Source: an uncultured Phycisphaerales bacterium
GTDB taxonomy: Bacteria; Planctomycetota; Phycisphaerae; Tepidisphaerales; Tepidisphaeraceae
NCBI GenBank assembly: GCA_963758525.1
Contig: CAVWVQ010000003.1
Coordinates: 1,824,001-1,888,000, forward strand
DNA: 64,000 nt
Direction: 5' to 3'
Below, piece by piece: positions 63,872 to 64,000 of the stretch; positions within the stretch are counted from its first letter, which is position 1; every line of letters begins with the position of its first letter. A model generated the notes under the pieces. It searched no databases. It had not been told where the DNA came from and saw only the letters and a list, made by a program, of their open reading frames with translations. The position numbers and the translations under genes were made by a program.

Positions 63872-64000
63872 TCAATCAAATTCATCGCCGCGGAACAAAT
63901 TCCCGAAGTACGCGGCACGCACGGCAGTGTTGTTCACCAACTGCCTGGGCGTTCCCTCGGCCATCACTTCGCCGTCGACAATAATCAGGGCGCGATCGCA
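63872..64000 (-). CDS. lptB: 3' end of ABC ATP-binding protein, probably LptB (partial)
   Basis: CDRALIIVDGEVMAEGTPRQLVNNTAVRAAYFG...* read from the window edge. Confidence 0.6.
   Translation of the reverse strand, partial: CDRALIIVDGEVMAEGTPRQLVNNTAVRAAYFGNLFRGDEFD

Overview
GC-rich (Phycisphaerae/Tepidisphaerales-like planctomycete) chromosomal window with about 45 genes. Main blocks: (1) 0.2-8 kb: NHL-repeat Tat protein, nadC, SGNH hydrolase, FUN14 protein and a large cytochrome c/discoidin/ThuA fusion. (2) 8-20 kb: three paralogous DUF1559-type (prepilin/H-X9-DG) genes, a 1.7-kaa autotransporter-repeat PEP-CTERM protein and an ECF sigma/FecR pair. Four identical-architecture sites TGTAATGTT-N13-GCAAAT sit upstream of these genes, apparently an autoregulated ECF regulon. 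(3) clpX, a TPR protein and a Gfo/Idh/MocA oxidoreductase. (4) 26.4-37.1 kb: reductive pyrimidine catabolism cluster with a plant PYD1-like dehydrogenase and no preT. It is interrupted by a GxxExxY gene bracketed by 10-bp-periodic CACGAAT inverted repeats, a 3x222-bp tandem array and a duplicated hydA start. (5) 37.3-42.9 kb: tightly coupled uncharacterised three-gene operon (DUF559/Vsr-like nuclease, unknown protein, ~1090-aa AAA+HerA double ATPase), a candidate defence or DNA-processing system. (6) MGMT, arabinokinase-like GHMP kinase, a broken vapBC pair, alpha-2-macroglobulin, a c-di-AMP riboswitch driving a KimA-like transporter, a B12-binding-like protein, HDOD-GGDEF, a TlpA fusion and the lptB 3' end. 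About 18 small indels split otherwise intact genes and look like uncorrected long-read errors rather than pseudogenisation. All family calls come from motif recognition, not database searches.
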